From a virus (taxonomy: Duplodnaviria; Caudoviricetes), in the IMG/VR virus record IMGVR_UViG_3300001525_000092, positions 84,149 through 148,148 of that record: DNA of 64,000 nt; one strand, given 5' to 3'. This document shows, piece by piece, positions 9,254-20,500 of this stretch. The notes under the pieces are model-generated. The model had not been told where the DNA came from, made no database searches, and worked only from the letters and a program-made list of their open reading frames with translations. Both the position numbers and the translations under genes were made by a program. How positions within the stretch are numbered: the first letter of the stretch is position 1; each line of letters begins with the position of its first letter.

Positions 9254-10039
9254 TTATACACCAAATGAAGTGTCTGTGTTAGTACCATCTTCAGGCTTGT
9301 TTATTGTTGGTTCCTCTGGCTCCTTTAGCTTAGGACCATTCTCATCTTCTGTCAAGTAAGTGCGAAGATATGACATAATCTTCTCCGGAGTGAAATAATA
9401 CTTATATAGGTAAAATACGATGTCATCGATATGTACACCAAACAAGTCAATTATCATCTGCAATTGTGTTGTTGGGAAATCTTTGCTATCTTCGGTAATC
9501 TTAGCTTCACAGTTGATAGTAGGTGTAGGAGTCACTTTGCTAAACACATCTGTGATCATGTCTAGATGAGCTTTTTCTGTCTTAGCAGCAACAATGTCTG
9601 GATTGATAGGCGGAACAGGACAAGGAGGCTTAGGACCTGGCTTGCATCCACAATCTGGCTTAGGAGGCATAGATGGCATAGGTGGTACACTAAAACCTGG
9701 ATCTATCTCATTGCTTGGAATATCTGATGGACGTGAAGGTGGAGTTGGTCCTGGATTGTAGTCAGGAATTGTAGGTGTTCCTGGCTTCATGATGTTTCCG
9801 TTTCTGTCATAAGTTTCTTCTGACATCTGGTAGAACTCATTGCTGAACTCATTCATGTCAATCATTCTTCCATCAGATAGCATCACAGACATTCCATTGT
9901 CACTAATGACACAGTCTCTTACTCTTACAGTCTCGCCTGTCTTCTTGCTTATCCATTCACCTTTGATCTCCGGACCACCCATAGGAAACTCAGAACCAAA
10001 TGCAGGAGGATAGTTGCCAGGCATGTTAAAATTGTTCAT
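9254..10039 (-). CDS. hypothetical protein with Pro-rich linker
   Basis: 261-aa ORF. Confidence 0.75.
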   Translation of the reverse strand: MNNFNMPGNYPPAFGSEFPMGGPEIKGEWISKKTGETVRVRDCVISDNGMSVMLSDGRMIDMNEFSNEFYQMSEETYDRNGNIMKPGTPTIPDYNPGPTPPSRPSDIPSNEIDPGFSVPPMPSMPPKPDCGCKPGPKPPCPVPPINPDIVAAKTEKAHLDMITDVFSKVTPTPTINCEAKITEDSKDFPTTQLQMIIDLFGVHIDDIVFYLYKYYFTPEKIMSYLRTYLTEDENGPKLKEPEEPTINKPEDGTNTDTSFGV

Positions 10040-10123
10040 ACGATTAAATTTATGTTAACATATATTTCTGTCATTGACTAATATAGAAATCTACGCGTAT
10101 TGATTTCATCAGTCAATGATATT

Positions 10124-10642
10124 TTATTTGCATTCTTCTTCAATAATCTTCTTTTCTTCTTCTGTTCCACTTACATAGCTTAGCATCTTTGTTATGATGT
10201 AGTCATCTAGCTCAGAAGAAGTGAAGTATAGCAAGTGTCTGTTCTTAGTAAGCTCAATGAACTCCCTTGCAGAACTCATCATAGACTTGTCTTTATGTAT
10301 AGCATTAGAATCTATCCACACAATAGGAACATCTTTGATCTTCTTCTGTGACATGTTGTTGTACAACTCATAAGTCAAGCAAATTATGTCAGAAGCCTCA
10401 TATTCATCTTTAGTATATCCTATGCTTACTTCTTTGTCTATAGTCTTCACACACAATATAGCATTGTTCTTGTATGCTAAGTATAGGTTGTCATTGTCTA
10501 TGTAAGGTTGATTATCTTCTTTATTAAGATATGTACTGAACATCTTAGCAACTCTTATTGTGTCATCTATAGACTTTAGCCTATTGACTAAGTGTCTCAC
10601 TTTGTCATCATCTATGCTAACTATGAATATCTTGCTAGTCAT
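10124..10642 (-). CDS. hypothetical protein, possibly degenerate guanylate-kinase-like fold
   Basis: N-terminal KIFIV strand but no intact P-loop; size and pattern resemble NMP kinases. Confidence 0.4.
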   Translation of the reverse strand: MTSKIFIVSIDDDKVRHLVNRLKSIDDTIRVAKMFSTYLNKEDNQPYIDNDNLYLAYKNNAILCVKTIDKEVSIGYTKDEYEASDIICLTYELYNNMSQKKIKDVPIVWIDSNAIHKDKSMMSSAREFIELTKNRHLLYFTSSELDDYIITKMLSYVSGTEEEKKIIEEECK

Positions 10643-10685
10643 CTAATTATATAAAAGATTTTTCATTGAACTTGATTAAAAATAA

Positions 10686-10713
10686 AATTGACATGACTAT
10701 AGTCATGCCAATT
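10686..10713. terminator. near-perfect loopless palindrome / terminator
   Basis: AATTGACATGACTA|TAGTCATGCCAATT, downstream of the 10740-11546 gene. Confidence 0.6.
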
Positions 10714-10739
10714 CAATGATACTAGGTAATTCTAGATAT

Positions 10740-11546
10740 TTATACATGATACTTGCTATCTTCTTTCCATTTCACATAATATATTTGGTTATTATTACCG
10801 GAAAAAGTATTGCCATTAATTCTTCCATCACTTAATGTAGTCTCTATTGATAAGTTTCCTGCTTCATTCACTTTATTGGCTATATATTCGTATTTAAAGT
10901 ACCATTCAGTTAAACCAGTTAAATCTATATTAGTGTAAATTTTTAAATCATCATAATTAATGTTTAAATATTCATTACATTCTTTAAAGAACTCATCGGT
11001 ATGGCTCAAATAATAATCATTTTTATGCTTTATCTTAGAAGTATTGAGCATAGGCATGTAACTATCTACAAAAGGTAGTTCTATATTGAATTTTTCATTT
11101 TCTTTGACATATCTTTCTTTTCTATTTACATAATTATCTGGTGTTACTCTAATCTTAAATCCTGGATTTGTCTTATCAAACAATGTATTTGTCACATATT
11201 CATATTCTTCATATTTATTGCCTACTTTCCAAGATTCTGTTATATATAGAGGATTGTCTTTTATAGTCATAGTTGCTAATGAAGTATCAGGGAGTGTATT
11301 ATTGTTCACATAATATTTTACTATTTCTTCCGCGTCAATTATGATTATATAGTCATCAATATATGGGAATTTTTGTGTATTAGTTATTGATAAATAATCT
11401 TTTGTTAGCCCTATTTTTATACTAGGTATATTGCTTGGTGTAAGTTTTTTAATTGAATACTTATGAATCTGAGAACTATCAAATGCACCGAGTAAGTACG
11501 TGTTATTTAAATTCAATGTTAATGTGCCATCTGTTTGATAATACAA
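10740..11546 (-). CDS. hypothetical protein, AT-rich (likely recently acquired)
   Basis: 268-aa ORF, TTG start, composition differs from flanks. Confidence 0.65.
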   Translation of the reverse strand: MYYQTDGTLTLNLNNTYLLGAFDSSQIHKYSIKKLTPSNIPSIKIGLTKDYLSITNTQKFPYIDDYIIIIDAEEIVKYYVNNNTLPDTSLATMTIKDNPLYITESWKVGNKYEEYEYVTNTLFDKTNPGFKIRVTPDNYVNRKERYVKENEKFNIELPFVDSYMPMLNTSKIKHKNDYYLSHTDEFFKECNEYLNINYDDLKIYTNIDLTGLTEWYFKYEYIANKVNEAGNLSIETTLSDGRINGNTFSGNNNQIYYVKWKEDSKYHV

Positions 11547-11571
11547 TTTATAGTTTGATAGAGTTTTGTTA

Positions 11572-14500
11572 TTATTTTTTTTTCCTTGTTAGGTCGATTG
11601 TCTTCCGTGTGTTTCTATAAGGATTATTGTTGTCATCTGTATTTGGTTGTATTACCCATGTCTCTGTATATTTTGTGTTTGATGTAGCAATCTCACTTCT
11701 TACTTTCACTGTATGATCACATACATATCCATTAGGATATGTCTTGTCTGACTTATCAACTTCAGTAATTGTGCTTGCTATGTTGTCAAAGTACATAGTC
11801 TGTTCTTTTCCTGTCTCTTTGTTCTTGATAGTATAGTCGACTGAATTAGAATCTACATAGTTACCATTCAAGTAAGTAATCTTGTAACAGTATACCTTGA
11901 TGTTCTTCTGGGAAGTGTCACCATAGTTGAATGTAATGCTAGATGAACTAGACATCTTCACTCCATCTATATATACATCAAACACATAGTTAGTAGTAGT
12001 CTTGCTAGCATATCTTATGTCTATGTCGATGGACTTCTTCAAGTTCTTGTATGTGATAGTCACAGTACCATTCACTATGTTAGAAGAGTTGTTCTTAGAC
12101 ACTTCTTTGTTCAACTTATATGTGTTGCTAGACTTAGTATAGTTAGTAGATATAGAGTTGTCTGACATAGTCACAGCATAGTCATTAGAAGATTTCCATT
12201 CTGCTTTCTCTAGCAATTTCTTAGTAGCAGCATCATCTTCAACCCATACGGCAACACCATTATCATTAAGTTGTGCTTTCCATTGCTGATCTACTTCTTT
12301 GTAGCTTGCATTGATGATGAATGACAAGTACTTGTCATCTGTGACATTGCCGTCTTTCTTAAGTATCACTTCATCTTCTCCATAAGCAGCATATCCATAT
12401 ATAGAAGAGCAAGATGTCTCTAGCTTGTAATCGTATACCTTTTCTGTTGGCTTTGGATAGCCTGGCTCTGGATTTGGTGTAGGATCTGGATCGACTGGAT
12501 CAGGCTTGACTGGATTGTCAGTATTGTCTATCTTGACTAATCTCTCATTCCAGAACTCAGGAACACTATGAGATGTCATCACTTCTCTTATGTTGATGTG
12601 ACGTATAGTAGCATCATAATATGCTATGTCAGTTTTCCATTCATAGTAACTGAATGCACAAGGCATAGTAGCTTCATTGAAGTTGGTGATCAATGGAACA
12701 TATGTCTGTCCTCCTATTGTCACTTCTGTAGGATCCTGTGTGATGTATGCATATGTGAATGACAAGTCAGAGTAAGTGATGTTGTCTTCATTCAAGTATG
12801 TTATCTTGCTTGGATTAACAGAAGACACCTTCATTCTCAAGTCAGTGTTGAGCTTGCCGTACTCTTCTATATATGATAGAATATAAGAGCTTATCACATT
12901 CTGTCCAATAGGAACTTCTTTTGCTATATATGACTTAGCTTCATCAAGAGTAGAGTCGATCCACTTGTACTCTCCTGTAGAAGGATAGTATGTCAGTTTC
13001 TTTGAGACGCCATCTTCCGTCTTTGTGATGAATGCATCAAACTCTTCATCTGTACTGAAGTCATCTTTTGTCTTGTATATAGTAGTTGGCCAGTATGACA
13101 TGACTGTGTATCTCTCATAGTCATTGCTGTCTTCTACTTTTCTGTATCTCACATGAGTGTAAGTGTACACATTCTCATTAGCATAAGTGAAGGCATCAGT
13201 GTCTAAGTTTCCAATCACAAATCCGTAAGCAGGAGTGAAGAATCCTTGTACTTTAGACTTGGAGCACTTGTCTATCATAGGACAGTCTTTTGCGCTACAT
13301 AAGTCACAACCATCGCATGACCAGTACTCAGTGTAAGAAGATGCATACATGTAAGCAGAGACATAAGTGTATGTCTTAGTCTCTATAGGTGCTTGATAGC
13401 TCAACACATCAACATAGCTTACTTCTATCGGGTTGCCTAGCACAAGTCTTGTTGTTCTTTCTTCATCATATGCATTTCCTAGGTGACCTTCTGCTAAAGT
13501 GTTCTCTTTGTCGGTCAAGTCTGTACTAAGCTCAAGATACCAAGAATGATCATTGAGAACATCAGTAGCATTCTTGAAGTTCAATACATAAGCAGTTCCT
13601 GTCTTCTGTACTCTTATAGGATTCCCATAGTCATCTTTGTCAGTAGTGTCTTCCATGATAGGAACATTCTTGCCATCTTCTATAGTGTACAATGGAATAT
13701 TCTTAGAAAGCTCACATATATAAGAAAGTCCATAGCTATTCCACTCATCTATAGTAGGATGTATTCTTGATAGAGTATTTGCTACATAGTCTTCTGACAC
13801 TCCTTGCCAGATGTTGCCTGTGTTGTAATAGTAAGACATTGCTTGCCATGTTCCTGGATAGTTCTCATTCAGATTGGCAAGCACATTGTACATTGCTAAG
13901 TAACTGTCTATATTCTCTTTTCTTCTTGTAGTAAGCAATGTAGCATCACCATGCCATACAGTGTCTTTGTCGTTAGATATGTTGTTCTGTGTCAAGAATA
14001 CAGATGCATTCAAGTAAGACACATTCCTTGACTCATTCTGTACATAATATCTTGTTTGCTTCTTCTTTCTCAACTTGAACTTCACATTGCTGAGCAATGC
14101 ACTAGTTCCAGAAGGAATCTTTCCACTTTCTAGTTCTTCTCTTTCTTCTAATATTCCTATAGGATATATAGTAGTAGTATAAGTGTTGTAGTTGTCTATA
14201 GCATATGTAGTCCATGATGGTCTAGAAGTGATTATCTCACCTTTCACACTAGTATACCCATTCAGTTCTATAGTGTCAAAGTCTATCTGCATCTTGTCCA
14301 TCTTAGTGAGATGGTGTATGCTGTCTTTGTCCACCATAGATGTAGTACCTAGATTGATGTTTGTCTCACTAGTACCAATGTGGAGTACATTCTTGTTCTC
14401 TTGATCATATGCAGATCCTATGTATGCATTGTATATGACACCATAAGAAAGTGCAGGATTGAACTGTACTTTGTCTGCTACTAATATGTTAGAGCGATTC

Positions 14501-17500
14501 CAGAAGCTAGCATTTCTGACAGTGACTTCTTTCAAGTCAACCATAGGATACTGATTTCCTACATACCCGTTAGGATTGTACTCACTATTAGGAATGTACT
14601 CTTTAGGGAAGTTAGTCATAGATATGACTTTAGGAATGATGCCATAAGTAGTATAATGCTCTAAGTTACCTTTTATCAGACCAACTTTAGGAAAAGACTT
14701 AGTAGTGTCATCTTCTGCATAGTAAGTACCATAGTAGCTATATGGTTCTATGTAAGTAGTAGTGTATGAATCGATTGTGAATCTTCTAGTATTGGTGCCA
14801 TTCAAGACATAAGACACATGACCATCATCATGTCCTATGTTGTCATCAAACTCAATAGCTAAGTTCATTGAGTTGAAGTACTGCTCATCTCCTTCATAAG
14901 ACATTCCAATTCCTTTAGTCACATCAATGCCCAAAGTAGGATTATAATAGTCCGCATTGTGATTCAATATGACAGGGTATACCAATGAAGAATTGTAAGA
15001 GATGGTGTTGTTCTTCAATAGTTGCAACACAGGATCAAACAACAATTGAGTATGCTCATAGTCATCTGGACTGAATGAGTACTTAGCATAGTACTTTATG
15101 TATTGCTCTAGATTGCAGATATAGTTGAAGTCAAGAGCTACTTCATTGTTGTACTTTGGATTCTTTATATAGTCAAAAGCATAGTATGTTGAGTTAGTAG
15201 AATAATCTGTCTTCTCTTCGCAAGTCCAGAATGATGTGACAGTTCCTACTCCTCCTATGATGTCTTGTATAGTACCTGATCTTCTAGCATATCTATATAT
15301 GTATGAGTAGGTGCTATCATTTCCTATAGACCAGTCTTCATACTTTCCATAAGAATATTGCCTGTTGTTGTATGCATTCCAAATTTCTTCTTCTGTTCCT
15401 ATTACTAGCTCACTGTCTTTATGGATGCTACTACCACTATAATATGCATATTGTATATAAGTAGAATCTTTCTCTAGCTCAGTAGAAGAAATGTTCATGA
15501 TGATAGCGTCTTTGAAGTAAGTGAAAGTCTCAGTTTCTCTTATAGACTTCAGATACTCATCAGAAGGTACCCATGCTTCTATAGAGAATGTGTTGTGTGC
15601 ACCTACATTAGCATTAGTGTCTATGTAGTTAGAACTGAATGTTTTCTTCTCAAAGTCAGAAGAACTCAAGCTCTTTATGACATCTAGTCCAATGCCTGAC
15701 AACACATTCTTATATGGATTGAACTCATGCAAGTCAGTAGAAGCTACTATCATCAAGCTAGACTGATCAGCTACAATTCCTTTAGCATAGTTATTAGTTG
15801 CTAGTCCATTGATCACCCAGTATCCATTAGAGTTGATGTAAGGCATTATGAATGACTCTTTCCAGTCTATAGAAAGAATGATAGTGTCATCTAAAGAACT
15901 ATAGTTGACATTCATGTCATACAACACTGTTCTTTCTATCTCTGAGTTAGCATATATGTACTGATTAGGTTCTGTTCCGTCCAGATGAACTAACTTCTTC
16001 AAGAAAGATACATTGTCCGTGACATTGCTTATAGTGTCTTTTCCTAGTTCATTGATGTACTCATACTGCACTGGAATAGATCCAGTCATGTTATATATCA
16101 ATGACTCATCATTAGAGTTGCAGTTGTACTTGAACTCGTAGTTAGTAGGGAAGTACATCACATACAAGTTAGTCTCATCAGGAACAGAAGACATAGAAAG
16201 AGAAGAGCGCCATGCTTTATATGTCAGCTCACTTACTATTCTTTCTTTTATCTTTATGTTAGAATCCGACTTGTACATCACTTGATTGTAGATTTCTAGC
16301 AATCTAGGATATAGCTGCTTAGTGTCTGAGACAAAGTACTCTAGCTTACCATTGGTATGTTCCAATGTGTCACCTACTATGATGTCAATGTCTGCATCTA
16401 TGTTCTGATTTCCGTCTGCGTCTGGTGCCATCTGTCCTGTTCCGTCACTAGAGAAAGATGATGATGCACTCATCTTTTTCCATTTGTCAGAGATGAAGTC
16501 AGAAGGAATGCTCCAGTTAGCATTGTCTGGAGTGTCATAGTCAACAGGAACACTATAGCACTTAGAAACTATTCCTGCTATCTGATTGATTCCATTTCCG
16601 TCAATGATGTCACTCATCACATTAGATATGACTGATGAAGGAGAGTTGATGTTAGAAGAATCAGCATACTTTGCTATCAGCTCATCTATTCTTGATTCTT
16701 CTAATAAGTCTCTTGCATCACCTAATCCTATGTAATACTCATTGTTGGCACCTTCTCCAAGATTCTCTTTTACTTTGTATACATCAAGAACCCATTCATG
16801 ATTTCTAAGACTATCATCAACTTTGTCATAGTTCTTATGTAGATGAATCAATGCAAGCTTCTCATGTGCATATCTAGAACTTGGACCATTCTCGTCAGGA
16901 TCATCTGATTGCATCAAGTTCTCTTCATTGACTATGAATATTCTGAATCCTTCTATGAACTCGCCACTATCAGAAACCTCTTCACACACATACTCATTGT
17001 CATACTCTCCATACACTCCACTCTCATGATGTCCAACAACTTTATATATGAATGAGTTGTCTGTCTTGAAGAATGTTGCACTCTCTTTGTGCCAATAGTC
17101 AACATTGTTTATTCTGTCTACATCTGACAGCATGATGGAATCTTCATCAAAACCATCTTCTAGTCCTCTTATAGAATGATCTATGTTGTCCACAACAAAC
17201 TTTGTGTTTGCTTCTTCTGATGAGAGTTCTTTGAGAGATCCATCATCTTGTAGCAACTTAAGATATCCTCCTACTCTATTCTCAGTAGGGTACAGAACTA
17301 CTTGGACTAACAAGTCATTCTCATTGAAGTCACCTGTATAGTTAGGAAACAAGTCTTGGATAGAAAAAGAACTGAATCCAATAGAGTCACCTTTAGCAGC
17401 ATTGCGCTGACCAAGATTAGCTAATGATTGCTTCAAGTAAGCATCTGTATAACTAGTCAGATAGTTTTTCTTGCTTATCCCATTTTGGAATGCATTGACA

Positions 17501-17514
17501 TTAATTATTGGCAT
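11572..17514 (-). CDS. giant virion structural protein (tail/baseplate-associated)
   Basis: 1980 aa, rich in Y/S/T/N/D; PDPVDPDPTPNPEP linker before C-terminal beta-rich, Ig-like repeats. Confidence 0.65.
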   Translation of the reverse strand: MPIINVNAFQNGISKKNYLTSYTDAYLKQSLANLGQRNAAKGDSIGFSSFSIQDLFPNYTGDFNENDLLVQVVLYPTENRVGGYLKLLQDDGSLKELSSEEANTKFVVDNIDHSIRGLEDGFDEDSIMLSDVDRINNVDYWHKESATFFKTDNSFIYKVVGHHESGVYGEYDNEYVCEEVSDSGEFIEGFRIFIVNEENLMQSDDPDENGPSSRYAHEKLALIHLHKNYDKVDDSLRNHEWVLDVYKVKENLGEGANNEYYIGLGDARDLLEESRIDELIAKYADSSNINSPSSVISNVMSDIIDGNGINQIAGIVSKCYSVPVDYDTPDNANWSIPSDFISDKWKKMSASSSFSSDGTGQMAPDADGNQNIDADIDIIVGDTLEHTNGKLEYFVSDTKQLYPRLLEIYNQVMYKSDSNIKIKERIVSELTYKAWRSSLSMSSVPDETNLYVMYFPTNYEFKYNCNSNDESLIYNMTGSIPVQYEYINELGKDTISNVTDNVSFLKKLVHLDGTEPNQYIYANSEIERTVLYDMNVNYSSLDDTIILSIDWKESFIMPYINSNGYWVINGLATNNYAKGIVADQSSLMIVASTDLHEFNPYKNVLSGIGLDVIKSLSSSDFEKKTFSSNYIDTNANVGAHNTFSIEAWVPSDEYLKSIRETETFTYFKDAIIMNISSTELEKDSTYIQYAYYSGSSIHKDSELVIGTEEEIWNAYNNRQYSYGKYEDWSIGNDSTYSYIYRYARRSGTIQDIIGGVGTVTSFWTCEEKTDYSTNSTYYAFDYIKNPKYNNEVALDFNYICNLEQYIKYYAKYSFSPDDYEHTQLLFDPVLQLLKNNTISYNSSLVYPVILNHNADYYNPTLGIDVTKGIGMSYEGDEQYFNSMNLAIEFDDNIGHDDGHVSYVLNGTNTRRFTIDSYTTTYIEPYSYYGTYYAEDDTTKSFPKVGLIKGNLEHYTTYGIIPKVISMTNFPKEYIPNSEYNPNGYVGNQYPMVDLKEVTVRNASFWNRSNILVADKVQFNPALSYGVIYNAYIGSAYDQENKNVLHIGTSETNINLGTTSMVDKDSIHHLTKMDKMQIDFDTIELNGYTSVKGEIITSRPSWTTYAIDNYNTYTTTIYPIGILEEREELESGKIPSGTSALLSNVKFKLRKKKQTRYYVQNESRNVSYLNASVFLTQNNISNDKDTVWHGDATLLTTRRKENIDSYLAMYNVLANLNENYPGTWQAMSYYYNTGNIWQGVSEDYVANTLSRIHPTIDEWNSYGLSYICELSKNIPLYTIEDGKNVPIMEDTTDKDDYGNPIRVQKTGTAYVLNFKNATDVLNDHSWYLELSTDLTDKENTLAEGHLGNAYDEERTTRLVLGNPIEVSYVDVLSYQAPIETKTYTYVSAYMYASSYTEYWSCDGCDLCSAKDCPMIDKCSKSKVQGFFTPAYGFVIGNLDTDAFTYANENVYTYTHVRYRKVEDSNDYERYTVMSYWPTTIYKTKDDFSTDEEFDAFITKTEDGVSKKLTYYPSTGEYKWIDSTLDEAKSYIAKEVPIGQNVISSYILSYIEEYGKLNTDLRMKVSSVNPSKITYLNEDNITYSDLSFTYAYITQDPTEVTIGGQTYVPLITNFNEATMPCAFSYYEWKTDIAYYDATIRHINIREVMTSHSVPEFWNERLVKIDNTDNPVKPDPVDPDPTPNPEPGYPKPTEKVYDYKLETSCSSIYGYAAYGEDEVILKKDGNVTDDKYLSFIINASYKEVDQQWKAQLNDNGVAVWVEDDAATKKLLEKAEWKSSNDYAVTMSDNSISTNYTKSSNTYKLNKEVSKNNSSNIVNGTVTITYKNLKKSIDIDIRYASKTTTNYVFDVYIDGVKMSSSSSITFNYGDTSQKNIKVYCYKITYLNGNYVDSNSVDYTIKNKETGKEQTMYFDNIASTITEVDKSDKTYPNGYVCDHTVKVRSEIATSNTKYTETWVIQPNTDDNNNPYRNTRKTIDLTRKKK

Positions 17515-17515
17515 G

Positions 17516-20500
17516 TTATCTCAAATCAAATATGTACTTCAGTCTCCATAGTTTCTTTTCCTTAGACATGTTGAGCTTGATAGGAACAGTATCATAAGAG
17601 ACATCATAGTAATTATATAAAAATAGGTACTCATCATCATTCAATTCACTCATCTTGATTAGTTTCTTGAATATATCTACTGTCACACTTTCTTCTTCTA
17701 GTTCTTTCATTCTATCATAGTCTACATAAGAACTATGTATATATGAAAGTTGAGTAGGAAGAAGAACAAACTTATTTTGATTGAAGTTCTTGTACTCTAA
17801 TGAAGTGAAGGAATCATATATAAGATGACCATCCAATTCAATCACTTTCTTCTTGTCATACTTCTCTTCATATATGTTGATAGGAACATATATGTCTACA
17901 TATCCTGTTCTGTTATATATTGGTGAGTCACTTATAGAGTTGAGTGTTCCTTTTCTTATCAAGACATCATCTGTCTCTTTGTACTTTAGATTCCACTGAT
18001 TAGATATAGAAGAAACAGGCAATAGAATAGGAACAATGTCTCCGAAGTATCTTGTTAGCTTGTACTTGAACAAAGCATCATCATGTCTGATGACAGATAT
18101 TTCTGTTGACTTGTCATTCATGTCATTGCTTGCTTTAGTAGATGTATATAGCGTATCTAGATTGAATGTATAAGGAATTACTCTAGCATCTATGCTTACT
18201 AAAGACTTGAATATGTCTCTATTTAGCATAGGCATCAATTCTCTGAGTATTTTCTTGAAGTACAATGGATCTTTCTCAATGTCTGTTCCATTCACATACT
18301 TGAACATCTTTATTATTCTCTCAAAGTTCTTGTTGCTTAGTGCATATAAGTCAAATGATCCTATTGTGTTGTCAAGAGCTAAGTCTATCATGTAATATCC
18401 ATATACTTTTCCATCCACTAGCTTTGTGCTCAACAATGTGTTCTTCAATCCAAGATAGTTGTCATCTTGTCTCAATGAAGTCTTCTTGACATTCATGCTA
18501 GAGTACAAGAAGTCATTGAGAACTTTTCCAGTAGCTACTTCAAATCTAGACTTAATCCATTTTCTCTCATCATCTGGTTCTACTAAAGCAGACAATGAAG
18601 ATAATTCTTCATCCGTCAGTTCTATCATTGTGTTAGAATCATACTGTGTGTGTCGCAAGTACTTTGTTGTGACATTGTTGTTGTCATCTACCACTTGCAC
18701 TTCTTTGAATCCTTCTTCTTTATATATAGCATATAGTTCTGTATCAGAAAGTTCTTGCTCATATATCTTGTCAAACAACGGAACTAAGCAATTCTCATTC
18801 TCTTCTATAATGATGTCATGCATGTCATCAATCTCTGGATTGATGTATCTTGACTTTATTCCTTTATAGTGATCTCTTTCCCAGTTAGACTGTGTCTGGA
18901 CTTCATACAAGTACAAGTCTTTGTATGACTTAGTGTTTCCGTAGTCTTCTAAGTCAATAAGCTTTCCTGGTCCATATATCTGATCATTGAGCTTGAAGCA
19001 TTCTATGTCAAAGCACAACTCAACATATCTCACTCCATCATCGAACTCTATCTTCCAAACATCATAAGTCTCATCATAGTTCTCATCTTTCATAGATACA
19101 TAGTCAATGATCTCAAAGAACTCTTTGAATGACTTAGGATATTCTGTAGCAGATATAGGTGTATAGCAATCCTTGACAGACACCTTGCCGTCATCTAACA
19201 CTAAGTTCTTTTCTCTTATATAAACCATAGATGCCCATCTCTTTGCTAAGTCACTAGGCTTCTTTCTCTTCTGGTTGCAACACAATTCTGTGTACCACCA
19301 ATACAGATGCTGCTTGTTCAAGAACTGCGCTTTGAACTTTCTAGTATGTCTAAGAAGATCAAGACAATCTATTTCGTTGTCATTCTTGTACTTCTCTAGC
19401 ACAGCTTGCATGTTGTACTGATCTATCCATACAACATTAGTCACTTTTTCTTTCTCACTTTCTCTTATAATATATTCTTCATCTATATAGTTGTTCTTCT
19501 TGAATGTGTCTGTAGCATATATAGTCTTTCCATTGAACATGACAGGATAGAATCCAAAAGTATCTTGAGCAGAAAGATATGACTTCAGTGCAGATGTCAC
19601 TTTATCATGAAGTGTATGCGCAGTGTATGTGATTTGCCATTCTTTAGTATTAGAATGTCTCATCTTCTTGTAGTCATACTTTCCATTAGTGTTGTTGAAG
19701 TAAGTGGCAAGAGAAGAATCAATGTCTGTAGTGATATATTCTTGTATGTGATAGTTCTTCAAGAAATAACTATTTAAGTTATATATAGAGCAGTAATAAG
19801 AAAGAGAAGTAGAGTTGATAGGATTAGGTATCATGACATAGCTAAGCTCAGGATAGTAAATGTTAGCTTTTCCTGCATTCACTATTCCTGTCTTGTCGCT
19901 GCTAGAGCATCCTAACAACTCATATATAGGATCATAGTACTTCTTAGAATCATACACATCTTCTATCACTCTATAGAAAGCTTGAGTTCCTTCTATAGAT
20001 CCTGTCCAGTTTATTTCACCATATAGTCCTTCCCAATCAGGCCTCTCTCCATATCCACACACATAAGTCATAGGCTGGCCAGACGAAGAGAGAGCATAAG
20101 TCGTCTCTGCATTGTCATAGTCAGGAGTGCCATCATTCTTAAGCAAGTATGTTTGCTTCATCAATACATAAGTGTTGGCAGTGTAAGCATAGTTCTTTGG
20201 AATGTTCATGTACCCATAAGAGTCGCATGCTATTCCTGGTATGTGGAAGTCTATGATTTCATTTCCTTGTATGATGTAGCTAGAAGAAATCTTTTCTTTT
20301 CCTTCTTCATCTAATGACATCAATGGACATATTTGCTTGTATATAGAAGCAGATTCTAGAACAATGTCAGGATATGACAACTCTATTCCTTTCTCTTCAC
20401 ACCAACTAGATATAGTCGAGTACTTCATCTGTCTTCTTATGTTGTCTATGTAAGCAGACACTTTCTTCTCATCATAGTACTTGTTTATGTCAGACAAGCT

